A stretch of DNA of 64,000 nucleotides from an uncultured bacterium (lineage in GTDB: Bacteria > Zhuqueibacterota > QNDG01 > DTFT01), in contig CAVTNR010000005.1 in assembly GCA_963736115.1 (NCBI GenBank), positions 32,001 through 96,000 of the forward strand, given 5' to 3'. The position numbers and the translations under genes were made by a program. Each line of letters starts with the position of its first letter. The stretch's first letter is position 1. Below the pieces are notes generated by a model, which saw nothing but the letters and a program-made list of their open reading frames with translations, made no database searches and had not been told where the DNA came from. Below, one piece after another: positions 41,273 through 50,679 of the stretch.

Positions 41273-42280
41273 TCAAACTGTTTCTTGGTTCCTACTCGAA
41301 GGGATTGCGGTTCCGTGTTTCGAGTTCCGTGTTCCGGGTTTCGTGTTCCGGGTTCCGTGTTTCGGGTTGAATGGTTTTCTGATTCTGAAACCCTTCTTCG
41401 ACCCGGAGCCCTGAATCCGAAACGGATCGCCTACTGGTTCGGGTTTCGGCGGGATCGGTTTCCCGGTGATCCGCAGGTCCTTGCTCGACTCGGAACTCGG
41501 AACCCGGAACTCGGAACCTCTTTTCGTCTTTGAACCTTGAACCTTGAACTTTGAACTCACATCTTTGGAAAGCCCCACGGCCCGGTACAGCATCCGGATC
41601 TCTTCCGGCTTCAGGTCGCGCCACTCGCCCAGCGCCAGGCCCCGGACAGTCAGACCGCCGAAACTGACGCGCGCGAGCCGCCGCACCGTGAAGCCGAGAG
41701 TCCCAAACATGCGGCGCACCTGGCGTTTCTTGCCCTCGTGAATCCGGACCTCGACCAGCGTCTCGGCGCCCACCCGCCGCACCGCGTGCGCCTCGCCTCG
41801 GGCCACGAATCCGTCCTCGATGACCACGCCCTTCCGGAAACGCTTCGCGGCGTCCTCGCCGAAAGGCCCCGGCACCCAGGCGCGGTAGAGTTTGTCGATT
41901 TCGTACCGCGGATGGGCCAGGCGGTGCGCCAGTTCCCCGTCGTTGGTCAACAGCAGAACGCCTTCCGTATCCAAATCCAGCCGACCGACCGGGAACAGGC
42001 CGTGCGGCTCCCCGACGAGATCGAGTACCGTCTTCCGGCCCTGGTCGTCCCGAACGGTGGTGACCGCGTCCGCGGGCTTGTTCAAAAGAACGTACCGGAA
42101 CCGCCGCGCCGGGTGAAGGATTTTACCGTCCAGTTTCACGGCGTCCTCCTGCTCCCCCACCTGGACGCCGAGCCTTTCAATCCTGTGTCCGTTGATCGAA
42201 ACACGGCCTGCGGCGATCATCTCATTGGCTTTCCGTCTCGAAGCGACGCCGCACAGGGCCAGGTATTTATTGAGCTGCAT
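41273..42280 (-). CDS. rluB: 23S rRNA pseudouridine synthase (RluB/RsuA family) with a repeat-derived C-terminal extension
   Basis: LNKYLA.CGVASRRKA S4 domain, VGRLDLDTEG.LLLTNDG, EGKKRQVRRM. Confidence 0.9.
   Translation of the reverse strand: MQLNKYLALCGVASRRKANEMIAAGRVSINGHRIERLGVQVGEQEDAVKLDGKILHPARRFRYVLLNKPADAVTTVRDDQGRKTVLDLVGEPHGLFPVGRLDLDTEGVLLLTNDGELAHRLAHPRYEIDKLYRAWVPGPFGEDAAKRFRKGVVIEDGFVARGEAHAVRRVGAETLVEVRIHEGKKRQVRRMFGTLGFTVRRLARVSFGGLTVRGLALGEWRDLKPEEIRMLYRAVGLSKDVSSKFKVQGSKTKRGSEFRVPSSESSKDLRITGKPIPPKPEPVGDPFRIQGSGSKKGFRIRKPFNPKHGTRNTKPGTRNSKHGTAIPSSRNQETV
41309..41557. repeat. Heptamer arrays (GTGTTCC/GGAACTC/TTGAACC) within the rluB 3' end
   Basis: ttccgtgtttcgagttccgtgttccgggtttcgtgttccggg...; actcggaactcggaacccggaactcggaac; ttgaaccttgaaccttgaactttgaac. 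Confidence 0.85.
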
Positions 42281-43097
42281 CCGTCTCCAGTTGAGACGGC
42301 ACGACCGTCTCTGAATCGCCCCCAGTCTGCGCGGGCGCTCCGGATGATTCATCCGCCTGGCCGCCGGACGGCGTATCCATGGATGCATCGACGGACTCGG
42401 GAGCCGGATCTGCGTCCGCCGCTGTCCCCGAAGTGTCTCCGGACACGGCTTCGGCGTCCTGCGGTTCCCCGCCGCCGGCATCCCAGGAACCCGCCGGGAT
42501 CCCGTCAACTCCCGGGGCGTCTCCCGGTTCGGGCAGGTCGGCAAGCAGGTTCTGCTGAACCCCGCTCTCCTTGAACAGCTCCTCGAGTTCCTTTGGTTTC
42601 GGCAGGTCGGAAATGTCGTTCACCCCGAAATACCGGAGAAACTCGCGCGTCGTCTTGTACAGAAGGGCGCGTCCGGGTCCGTCGTCGCGGCCGGACAGCG
42701 TGATCAGTTTCCGTTCGAGCAGGGTGCGGATGACGCCGTCGCAGTTGACGCCGCGGATCGCCTCGATATCGGGCTTGCCGACAGGTTGGCGGAACGCGAT
42801 CACCGAAAGCGTCTCCATCGCGGCCTGCGACAGCTTCTGCTTCAGCCGGCCGGCGAACAGCTTGCGCACCCAGGACGTGTAGTTCTCATGCGTCACCATC
42901 TGGTAGCCGCCGGCGACGTGAACAATCTGGAAGGTGCGGTCCGTCCGCCGGTACTCCACGTTCAGCTCGTCGACGGCCCGGACCACGTTTTCCGATGTCG
43001 TCTCCTCGACAGTCGCACGGATCTGGTCGACCGGCAGGGGAATGTCGGACGCGAATATGAGAACTTCCACCACCTGTTTCAACTGATCGAGCTGCAT
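42267..43097 (-). CDS. scpB: SMC-Scp complex subunit ScpB
   Basis: VAGGYQ, LSQAAMETLSVIAFRQP, IRGVN, GRALLYKTT..FL.YFG. Confidence 0.95.
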   Translation of the reverse strand: MQLDQLKQVVEVLIFASDIPLPVDQIRATVEETTSENVVRAVDELNVEYRRTDRTFQIVHVAGGYQMVTHENYTSWVRKLFAGRLKQKLSQAAMETLSVIAFRQPVGKPDIEAIRGVNCDGVIRTLLERKLITLSGRDDGPGRALLYKTTREFLRYFGVNDISDLPKPKELEELFKESGVQQNLLADLPEPGDAPGVDGIPAGSWDAGGGEPQDAEAVSGDTSGTAADADPAPESVDASMDTPSGGQADESSGAPAQTGGDSETVVPSQLETDAAQ

Positions 43098-43181
43098 GAA
43101 AACGGAATCCTCGTCTAATTTCAGAATACCCGTCCGGCCTCCGAAAGAAGCCTGCGGGCGCGTTTCATCGGGCCGGGCCCG

Positions 43182-43994
43182 TCAAGCGGACGGCCCGGCG
43201 GCTTCCCCTTCGGCCGCGGCCTCGTCGGCCGTATCGATCGCGAGCTGAACGGCCGGCTCGCGCCGCATGATGAAAATCTCGCCGAACACGTCGGACTGGC
43301 GGACGCTGATCCGCTTGGCCTTGATCAGTTCGAGAATGGCCATGAAGGTCACCACCATGATGATGCGTTCGGTGATGGGCGTCAGCAGGTCCCGGAACAG
43401 GACATGGTCCTTGTCGCCGATGCAGTTGAACACATAATCGATCTGCTCCTCGATGGTCACGCCGATGGGCTTGACCTCGTGGTAATGGACCTTGGGCATG
43501 TTCGAGAGCACGTCCCGGAAGGCGGACAGCAGGTCGAACATCGTCATGTCCTTGAGGACGACTTCCTTCTGGCGGTACGGCTTCTGCCATTCGAAATAGG
43601 AGCGATGGAACACCCGGCTCTGCCGGTCCTCGTAGCTCTGCAGGGATTCCGACACTTCCTTGTACCGGCGGTACTCGAGCAGTTGACGGACCAGGTCGGC
43701 GCGCGGATCCTCTTCCTCCGCCTCCTCCTCCGGGGCCCGGGGCAGCAGCATCTTGACCTTGATCTGGATCAGGGTCGCGGCCATGAGAATGAACTCGCCG
43801 GCCACCTCGAGATCCAGCTCCCGCATCAGATCCACGTAGACGAGGTACTGCTTCGTGATCTGGGCGATCGGAATATCGTAGATGTCGATCTCTTCCTTCT
43901 TGATCAGGAAGCAGAGGAGATCGAGCGGCCCCTCGAAATTGGGAAGCCGGACCCGGTACGCGTCGGAACGATCGGCGTCGAGGGAGAAATCTAC
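43182..43994 (-). CDS. scpA: Segregation and condensation protein ScpA (no canonical start codon found)
   Basis: YRVRLPNFEGPLDLL..LI, IDIYDIPIA.IT.QY, EFILMAATL..IK, EDPR, VVTFMAILEL. Confidence 0.92.
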   Translation of the reverse strand, partial: VDFSLDADRSDAYRVRLPNFEGPLDLLCFLIKKEEIDIYDIPIAQITKQYLVYVDLMRELDLEVAGEFILMAATLIQIKVKMLLPRAPEEEAEEEDPRADLVRQLLEYRRYKEVSESLQSYEDRQSRVFHRSYFEWQKPYRQKEVVLKDMTMFDLLSAFRDVLSNMPKVHYHEVKPIGVTIEEQIDYVFNCIGDKDHVLFRDLLTPITERIIMVVTFMAILELIKAKRISVRQSDVFGEIFIMRREPAVQLAIDTADEAAAEGEAAGPSA

Positions 43995-44974
43995 CCCATG
44001 TGCATCGCCTCCCGGACCTGGGACATGGTGGCCTGCGCCGCCTCGCGCGCGCGCCGGTCGCCGTCCGCCAGAATGTCGTCGACGAGTCCGGGATGGGCCT
44101 CGTAACGCGCCCGTTTCTCCCGGAACGGATCCAGAAAACCGTTGAGCGCCGCGGTCATGCTTTTCTTGTGCGCCACACAGCCCAGCCGGCCGCCGCGGCA
44201 TTCCGTCTCCACCGCATCCGCGTCCTCCGGGTGGAACTTGCGGTGATAGGCCATGACCACGCATCCTTCCGGGTGGCCGGGGTCGCTGACGCGGATCTTC
44301 TGCGGGTCCGTGTAGGCCTGCTTGAGCTTCGACTCGAGATCGGCCGCCGTATCGGAAAGAGTGATGCTATTGTCGAGCGACTTGCTCATCTTCTTGCCTT
44401 CCAGGCCGGGCAGGCGGGCGAACCTCGTCAGCAGGGCCTCGGGCTCGGGGAAAACGGCGCCGTACAGCGCGTTGAAGCGCCGGGCGATCTCGCGCGTGAT
44501 CTCGACATGCGGCACCTGGTCCTCGCCTACGGGCACCGCGTCCGCCTTGTAGATGAGAATGTCGGCGGCCTGGAGCACGGGATAACCGAGATGGCCGAAC
44601 ACCATGGATTCCTCGAGGCCGAGATCGCGCGCCTGCTCCTTCACCGTCGGGTTGCGCTGGAGCCGCGGGACGGTGACGAGCATGCCGAAAATCAGGTTCA
44701 GCTCCGCATGCTCCTTCACATGCGACTGGACGAACAGGGGGCTCCGGACGGGATCGAGACCGGCGGCCAGCCAGTCCATGACGACCTGCCGGCTGTTTTC
44801 GGCGATCCGGGCCGTGTGTTCGAGGTCGGTGGTCAGCATGTGCCAGTCGGCCACCATGTGGAAGCTGTCGTATTCGTTCTGCAGGCGGATCCAGTTTTCA
44901 AGCGCCCCGACGTAATTGCCGAGGTGCAGGCGGCCTGTGGGCCTCATTCCGCTCAGGATGCGTTTTCGGGTCAT
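43991..44974 (-). CDS. trpS: Tryptophan--tRNA ligase
   Basis: SGMRPTGRLHLGNY, YPVLQAADIL, VPVGEDQ, KMSKS. Confidence 0.97.
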   Translation of the reverse strand: MTRKRILSGMRPTGRLHLGNYVGALENWIRLQNEYDSFHMVADWHMLTTDLEHTARIAENSRQVVMDWLAAGLDPVRSPLFVQSHVKEHAELNLIFGMLVTVPRLQRNPTVKEQARDLGLEESMVFGHLGYPVLQAADILIYKADAVPVGEDQVPHVEITREIARRFNALYGAVFPEPEALLTRFARLPGLEGKKMSKSLDNSITLSDTAADLESKLKQAYTDPQKIRVSDPGHPEGCVVMAYHRKFHPEDADAVETECRGGRLGCVAHKKSMTAALNGFLDPFREKRARYEAHPGLVDDILADGDRRAREAAQATMSQVREAMHMG

Positions 44975-44983
44975 GCCTTTTGG

Positions 44984-45487
44984 TCAGCTCATGAAGAGAT
45001 AGGGTTTCCAGCGCTCGTCCGGAATATGCGCCTGCGTCTGGATGAAGAACAGGTATCCCGGCTTCCGCGGCTTGCGAAGCAGCTGCATGCCGGCTTCCTG
45101 CGGCGTCCGGTTGCGCTTGTGGCTGTTGCAGAGGGAGCAGGCGCAGACCAGGTTCTCCCAGGTGTCCTGACCGCCCCGGTCACGCGGGACGATGTGGTCC
45201 ACCGTGAACGGGCTCTTTTCCGTGCCGCAGTACTGACAGCGGTGGTTGTCCCGCTTGATGATGTTGTTCCTCGACAGCAGGATGCGTTTCCGCGGCACGT
45301 GAATCAAGCGCGACAGACGGACGATGCTTGGCAGGATGTAGCATTCGCTCACCGAATGGACTGTCCGGTCCGAGCTTTCGATCACTTCCACCTTTCCCAG
45401 CACCTGGAGCACGACCGCCTTCCGTGCGCTGCAGATGGAAAGCGGCTCGTAGTTCTGGTTGAGAATGAGAACCCTGCCTTCGAGCAT
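44984..45487 (-). CDS. HNH endonuclease
   Basis: VLILNQNYEPL, RDNHRCQYCG, TVDHIVPRDRGG.DTWENLV.AC..CN..K. Confidence 0.92.
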   Translation of the reverse strand: MLEGRVLILNQNYEPLSICSARKAVVLQVLGKVEVIESSDRTVHSVSECYILPSIVRLSRLIHVPRKRILLSRNNIIKRDNHRCQYCGTEKSPFTVDHIVPRDRGGQDTWENLVCACSLCNSHKRNRTPQEAGMQLLRKPRKPGYLFFIQTQAHIPDERWKPYLFMS

Positions 45488-45666
45488 ACAGACATCCGCC
45501 GGTGACGGTCAAACGGATAGAAAACTCCTGTCTTTTTTAGGAACAAGGTCTTAAAGTTAAGAATAATTAGTAAATTTCGCAAGGTATTTTTGCCTTATAC
45601 GTCGGTCGGATCCGTCTATCCGGCTTGAAAAAGTGTTAAATTTCACATTTTTTAGGAAATTATTAC

Positions 45667-45695
45667 TTGACATTATCTATATTATCGATTATATT
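45667..45695 (+). promoter_or_regulatory. Consensus sigma70 promoter for tRNA-Asn, his leader and his operon
   Basis: TTGACA-17 bp-TATATT, 13 nt upstream of the tRNA. Confidence 0.8.
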
Positions 45696-45708
45696 CATTC
45701 TTTCATTT

Positions 45709-45784
45709 TGGGGCGTAGCATAGCTGGCAATGCGCCTGGCTGTTAACCAGGATACCGAAGGTTCGAGTCCTTCCGCCCCAGCCA
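45709..45784 (+). tRNA. tRNA-Asn(GTT)
   Basis: TGGGGCG/CGCCCCA acceptor, GCAT/ATGC D-stem, CCTGG-CT-GTT-AA-CCAGG, GAAGG-TTCGAGT-CCTTC, G73, encoded CCA. Confidence 0.92.
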
Positions 45785-45798
45785 GAGGAGACATGGGA

Positions 45799-45879
45799 AT
45801 GAAACGCAGCATATTCCATCCGCATCACTCGCATCGCCACGAAAGCCACTGCTTTCGCGAGGGGAAGGGTGCGGTTTGA
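45799..45879 (+). CDS. hisL: his operon leader peptide MKRSIFHPHHSHRHESHCFREGKGAV (alternative start 45793)
   Basis: GAGGAG RBS 8 nt upstream; 6 His in 11 codons; followed by a terminator, then hisG. Confidence 0.85.
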   Translation: MKRSIFHPHHSHRHESHCFREGKGAV

Positions 45880-45904
45880 CCGCCGAAGGCTGATCACAGC
45901 TTCA

Positions 45905-45937
45905 GACGCCCTCCCGTTCCGGTGGGCGTTTTTTATT
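45905..45937 (+). terminator. his attenuator terminator
   Basis: ACGCCC(T)CC-loop-GG(T)GGGCGT-TTTTTATT; the 5' arm can alternatively pair with GGAAGGGTGCGGTTTGA at the leader end. Confidence 0.8.
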
Positions 45938-46004
45938 GGGTCAATTTTCATTATTCGAATATTTTTCGTATATTACATGACTAATCGGAAAGGATGAACC
46001 GGGC

Positions 46005-46883
46005 ATGTCCAAACGTGTTCTGAAAATCGGCCTCCCCAAGGGAAGTCTGCAGGAAGCCACATTCAAGTATTTCGCGAACGCGGGATATCATTTCTCGACC
46101 AACACGCGTTCCTATTTCTCGTCCGTGGACGACGAGGAACTGCAGGGCATTCTGCTTCGCGCCCAGGAGATCGCCACTTATGTCCAGGACGGCGTATTCG
46201 ATATCGGCCTGACGGGAAAAGACTGGGTGATGGAAACGGGCGCGGACGTGGTTGAAGTCGTGGATCTGCTGTACTCGCGACAGAGCCTGCGGCCCATCCG
46301 CTGGGTGCTTGCCGTTCCCAACGACTCCCCCATCCGGACCGTGCGGGATCTGGAGGGCAAGCGTATCGCCACCGAGGTCGTGCATTTGACCCGGCAGTAC
46401 CTGCGGGAGAAGGGCGTGCACGCCGAAGTGGAGTTCTCCTGGGGCGCAACGGAAGTGAAAGCGCCGCTCCTCGTGGACGCCATCGTCGAGGCGACCGAGA
46501 CGGGCGGCTCCCTCAGGGCCAACGGCCTGCGGATCGTGGACGAACTGGTCGTCTCCACCACGCGGCTGATCGCCAACAAGGAAAGCTGGAAGGACCCCTG
46601 GAAACGGGAGAAAACGGAAAACCTCGTCACCCTGCTCCAGGGCGCCATCGCGGCCGAACTCAAGGTCGGCCTCAAGATGAACGTGGAGACCGACCGGCTG
46701 GACGACCTGGTGAAGATGCTTCCCGCCATGAAGAATCCCACCATCTCCCACCTGTACGACCCGAAATGGGTGGCGGTTGAGATCGTCGTGGACGAAGCCA
46801 CCGTGCGCGAACTGATCCCCCGGCTCCGGCGGGCAGGCGCCCGGGACATCATTGAGTATCCCCTGAACAAGGTCATTCCCTGA
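46005..46883 (+). CDS. hisG: ATP phosphoribosyltransferase (long form)
   Basis: [44 protein letters not shown]-terminal regulatory domain. Confidence 0.96.
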   Translation: MSKRVLKIGLPKGSLQEATFKYFANAGYHFSTNTRSYFSSVDDEELQGILLRAQEIATYVQDGVFDIGLTGKDWVMETGADVVEVVDLLYSRQSLRPIRWVLAVPNDSPIRTVRDLEGKRIATEVVHLTRQYLREKGVHAEVEFSWGATEVKAPLLVDAIVEATETGGSLRANGLRIVDELVVSTTRLIANKESWKDPWKREKTENLVTLLQGAIAAELKVGLKMNVETDRLDDLVKMLPAMKNPTISHLYDPKWVAVEIVVDEATVRELIPRLRRAGARDIIEYPLNKVIP

Positions 46884-46896
46884 GCGGAGAAGCGAA

Positions 46897-48183
46897 ATGA
46901 TCGAGATCTACGAAGGCGACCGCATTGACGGGTTCCTGAAACGGCTTGAAACCCGTCGTGAAGAGACCTCCCGCGAAGTCCGGAACGCGGTGCAGGACAT
47001 CATCACCGACGTCCGAAAGCACGGCGACGAGGCCCTTCTGCGGTACACGCGGGAATTCGACAAGGTGGAGATTCCGGAAAGCGCGATCCGCGTTCCCGAG
47101 CGGGATATCCGCGCGGCCATGGACGCCGCGGACCCGGCTTTCCTCGAAGTGCTCCGGCGTTCCGCGGAGAACATCCGCCGTTTCCACAGCAAGGGAGCCC
47201 GCCGGTCCTGGATCGAATGGGAATCGGACGGCGTGATGCTGGGACAGCGCGTGCGACCCCTGGACCGGGTGGGCGCGTACGTACCGGGCGGAAGGGCCGC
47301 CTATGCCTCGTCCCTGCTCATGGCCGTGGTGCCCGCCCAGGTCGCCGGCGTGCGGGAAATCGCCGTGGTGTCGCCGCCCGGTTCCGAAGGCCATCCGCAT
47401 CCTTCGATCCTCGCGGCGGCCGGCGTGCTGGGCCTCACGGAATTCTATTGCATCGGCGGCGCCCAGGCCGTGGCCGCGCTCGCGGTCGGCACCGAGACCG
47501 TGCGCCGCGTGGATAAGATCGTGGGCCCGGGCAACCTCTACGTCGCCGAGGCGAAGCGCCAGGTGTTTGGAACGGTCGCGATCGACATGGTCGCCGGCCC
47601 GAGCGAAGTTGTGATTCTGGCCGACGGTACGGCTGATCCGGCTTTCATTGCCGCGGACCTTCTGGCCCAGGCGGAGCACGATCCGACCGCGTCCTCGGTG
47701 TGCGTCACGCCGGACGCCGACCTCGCCGAAGGCGTCCGGAAGGCCGTGAAGGAGCAGGCTGAACCCCTACAACGGAAACCGATCGTGACGGCCTCGCTCC
47801 GTGTCTGGGGCGGCATCCTCCGCGTGGCGTCCATGGAAAAGGCCGTGGACATGGTCAACCGGCTCGCGCCCGAACATCTGGGCATACACGCGAAGAACGC
47901 CTGGGAACTCGTGGAATCCGTCCGACACGCCGGCGCGATCTTCCTCGGAGACTGGTCCCCGGAGACCGTGGGCGACTACTGGGCGGGTCCGAACCACATC
48001 CTGCCGACCAACACGACCGCCCGGTTCTCCTCCCCCCTGGGAACCGACGACTTTCTGAAGACGAGCAGCCTGATTTCCTGGAGCCGGCGCGCGCTCCAGC
48101 GTGATGCGGAATCGATCATGAAATTCGCAGCCATGGAGGGCCTGGACGCCCATGTCAACGCCGTCCGAAAACGCATCGAATGA
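46897..48183 (+). CDS. hisD: Histidinol dehydrogenase
   Basis: [51 protein letters not shown]. Confidence 0.97.
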   Translation: MIEIYEGDRIDGFLKRLETRREETSREVRNAVQDIITDVRKHGDEALLRYTREFDKVEIPESAIRVPERDIRAAMDAADPAFLEVLRRSAENIRRFHSKGARRSWIEWESDGVMLGQRVRPLDRVGAYVPGGRAAYASSLLMAVVPAQVAGVREIAVVSPPGSEGHPHPSILAAAGVLGLTEFYCIGGAQAVAALAVGTETVRRVDKIVGPGNLYVAEAKRQVFGTVAIDMVAGPSEVVILADGTADPAFIAADLLAQAEHDPTASSVCVTPDADLAEGVRKAVKEQAEPLQRKPIVTASLRVWGGILRVASMEKAVDMVNRLAPEHLGIHAKNAWELVESVRHAGAIFLGDWSPETVGDYWAGPNHILPTNTTARFSSPLGTDDFLKTSSLISWSRRALQRDAESIMKFAAMEGLDAHVNAVRKRIE

Positions 48184-49318
48184 CACGGCCGGACGGGACC
48201 TGAAGGCCGCCGACACGGAAAGTCCGCAGCCGGGATCCCCGGTCGAAACGGCGCTCGGCAACATCCGGCCCCTGGTCCGGTCGCTGAAGGGGTATCCCGC
48301 GCCGCAACAGGGCGAAATGATCGCCAAGCTCAACCAGAACGAGAATCCCTATGACGTGCCGGCCGAATGGAAGGACGAAATACTCGAGTCCATGCGCAGT
48401 CTGGAGTGGACCCGCTACCCGGCCTACGATCCCCCGGAACTGAGGGAGAAGCTGGCGGCCCGGCTCGGCGTGGAACCGGACCGCATCCTGCTGGGAAACG
48501 GATCCAACCAGATTCTTTTTCTGCTGGGAACGGCACTCCTGTCGCCCGGCGACCGGGTGGTGATTGCACCGCCGACCTTCTCGCTGTTCGAAACCGCGGC
48601 GCGGATCGCGCACGGGTCCGTGGTCCTGGTGGATCAGAATCCCGATTTCTCCGTGGACGGCACGAAAGTCCTTGCCGCCGCGGAAAGCGCCCGTCTGACT
48701 TTTCTCTGCTCGCCCGACAATCCAACCGGGCACACCGTGCCCCTGGACTTCCTGGAGTCCGTGTGCGGCGGCACATCCGGCCTGGTCGCCTGGGACGAGG
48801 CGTACGGCGAGTTCTGGGGCGAGACGGCGGTGCCGCTGATCGACCGGCATCCGAACCTCGTCATCCTCAAGACCTTCTCCAAGGCCCTGGGACTGGCGGG
48901 CCTGAGGATCGGCTATCTCATCGGCCACCCGTCCATCGTGGCCGAACTGAAGAAGGTGAACATTCCTTTCAATGTGAATCTGATGAGCAACCTGACGGCA
49001 CTCAAACTCCTGGACCGGCCGGAATGGATCGCCGAGCAGGCGGGCCGCATCGTCTCGGAGCGGAACCGCCTGTCCGAGGCGCTCCGCTCCATCCCCGGAA
49101 TCACGCCCTTTCCCAGCGCGGCGAATTTCATTCTGATGCGGACGCCGGAAGGAGACGCCGTATTCAACGGACTCAGGGCCGAGGGCATTCTGGTGCGGCC
49201 CACGGAGGCCCACCCCCTGCTGAAGAACTGCCTGCGCGTGACCGTTGGAAAACCGGATGAGAATGAGGCGTTCCTGGCGGCGCTGCGGAGGGTGGTAAAG
49301 AAAGTTCATAGTTCATAG
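48152..49318 (+). CDS. hisC: Histidinol-phosphate aminotransferase
   Basis: KLNQNENPY, GNGS, CSPDNPTG, DEAYGEF, KTFSKALGLAGLRIGY. Confidence 0.95.
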   Translation: MSTPSENASNDTAGRDLKAADTESPQPGSPVETALGNIRPLVRSLKGYPAPQQGEMIAKLNQNENPYDVPAEWKDEILESMRSLEWTRYPAYDPPELREKLAARLGVEPDRILLGNGSNQILFLLGTALLSPGDRVVIAPPTFSLFETAARIAHGSVVLVDQNPDFSVDGTKVLAAAESARLTFLCSPDNPTGHTVPLDFLESVCGGTSGLVAWDEAYGEFWGETAVPLIDRHPNLVILKTFSKALGLAGLRIGYLIGHPSIVAELKKVNIPFNVNLMSNLTALKLLDRPEWIAEQAGRIVSERNRLSEALRSIPGITPFPSAANFILMRTPEGDAVFNGLRAEGILVRPTEAHPLLKNCLRVTVGKPDENEAFLAALRRVVKKVHSS

Positions 49319-49436
49319 TTCATGGTTCATTGGGAAAAAGTTCATGGTTCATTGTTCATAGTTCATAGTAAAAAGAAATCTCTGTCGGCTTCCTTATTCT
49401 TTTTTAACTATGAACTATGAACCATCAACTATGAAC
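49304..49436. repeat. Inverted GTTCATN heptamer arrays between hisC and hisB
   Basis: Two forward runs and one reverse run; the hisC stop (TCA TAG) lies in the array. Confidence 0.85.
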
Positions 49437-49472
49437 ATAAGAAAGATCAGAAATTTCAGAGGGAGTAAAAAG

Positions 49473-50060
49473 ATGCCCCGCACATCGGAAGTCTCCCGTA
49501 AAACAAAAGAGACGGACATCACCGTCCGGCTCTCGCTGGACGGAACCGGCGCATCGCGCATCACGACCGGCGTGGGTTTTTTCGACCACATGCTCGAGTC
49601 CCTGTCGCGCCACGGCGGCTTTGATCTCGAGGTCGAGGCCCGGGGCGACCTGCAGACCGGAGACCACCACACGGTGGAGGATGTCGGGCTGTGCCTCGGC
49701 GAGGCTTTCCGCAAGGCCCTCGGGGACAAGCGGGGCATCGTCCGGTTCGGCTGGGCCTACTGCCCCATGGACGAGGCGCTGGCGCGGGCCGTCGTGGACC
49801 TCTCCGGCCGGCCCCACGCGGAATGCGGGTTCGACGCGCCGTTCTCGGACATCGGTAATTTCCGCGGCGATTCGGTCATCGAATTCTGCCGCGCCCTGTC
49901 GAACGCCGGCGCCTTCACAGTCCATCTGGATCTGATCCGCGGCGGCAACATCCATCACGGCCTGGAGGCGCTGTTCAAGGCGCTCAGCCTGGCCCTGCGC
50001 CAGGCCGTCTCCGTCCGCCCCGGAGACGCGGCGGTCCCATCGACGAAAGGGACGCTGTAA
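49473..50060 (+). CDS. hisB: Imidazoleglycerol-phosphate dehydratase
   Basis: RKTKETDI, FFDHML, DHHTVEDVG, PMDEAL, NIHH.LEA.FKA, PSTKGTL; no phosphatase domain. Confidence 0.96.
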   Translation: MPRTSEVSRKTKETDITVRLSLDGTGASRITTGVGFFDHMLESLSRHGGFDLEVEARGDLQTGDHHTVEDVGLCLGEAFRKALGDKRGIVRFGWAYCPMDEALARAVVDLSGRPHAECGFDAPFSDIGNFRGDSVIEFCRALSNAGAFTVHLDLIRGGNIHHGLEALFKALSLALRQAVSVRPGDAAVPSTKGTL

Positions 50061-50672
50061 ATGATCGTGGTCGTGGATTACGACGCGGGCAATCTGCGCA
50101 GTGTGACCAAGGCGCTCGAGTCACTGGGCGCGGACGTCCGGGTGTCGGGAAGCCGAAAGGAAGTGGAAGCCGCGGACAAAATCGTACTGCCGGGCGTCGG
50201 CGCATTCGGAAAGGCGGTCCGCTCGCTGGAATCCAAGTCTCTGCTGGCCCCGCTGGCCGATGCCGCGTCGCAGGCCTCCGCCGACGGACGGCCGTTTCTC
50301 GGAATCTGCCTCGGCATGCAGCTGCTCTACGAAGCAAGCGAGGAGGACCCGGAAATCCGCGGCCTGGGCGTCCTGCCGGGGCGGGTGGTCCGCTTCGCGC
50401 CGGGCCGTAAAATTCCGCATCTGGGCTGGAACACCGTGTCCAGGCGCGGTGAATCACCGCTCTGGGACGGAATCCCGGACGGCGCTTTTTATTATTTCGC
50501 GCATTCCTTCTACGGCGTTCCGGAAGACAGCCGGCTGGTGTCCGGCGAAACGGAATACGGCGGTCCCTTCGCCTCCGCCGTCCGCAAGGACCGGCTTTTC
50601 GGCATCCAGTTCCATCCTGAAAAATCGCAGGCGGCCGGCCTCCGCCTCCTGTCGAATTTCGTGAGCCTGTAG
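50061..50672 (+). CDS. hisH: Imidazole glycerol phosphate synthase, glutaminase subunit
   Basis: DYDAGNLRSV, LPGVGAF, GICLGMQ, PHLGWN, QFHPEKS. Confidence 0.96.
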   Translation: MIVVVDYDAGNLRSVTKALESLGADVRVSGSRKEVEAADKIVLPGVGAFGKAVRSLESKSLLAPLADAASQASADGRPFLGICLGMQLLYEASEEDPEIRGLGVLPGRVVRFAPGRKIPHLGWNTVSRRGESPLWDGIPDGAFYYFAHSFYGVPEDSRLVSGETEYGGPFASAVRKDRLFGIQFHPEKSQAAGLRLLSNFVSL

Positions 50673-50679
50673 GAGGGCA

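Noticed and set aside
44984-45487. HNH as a homing endonuclease or defence island beside the tRNA
   Set aside because: Belongs to a widespread standalone HNH type, is co-oriented with trpS, and has no intron or mobile context
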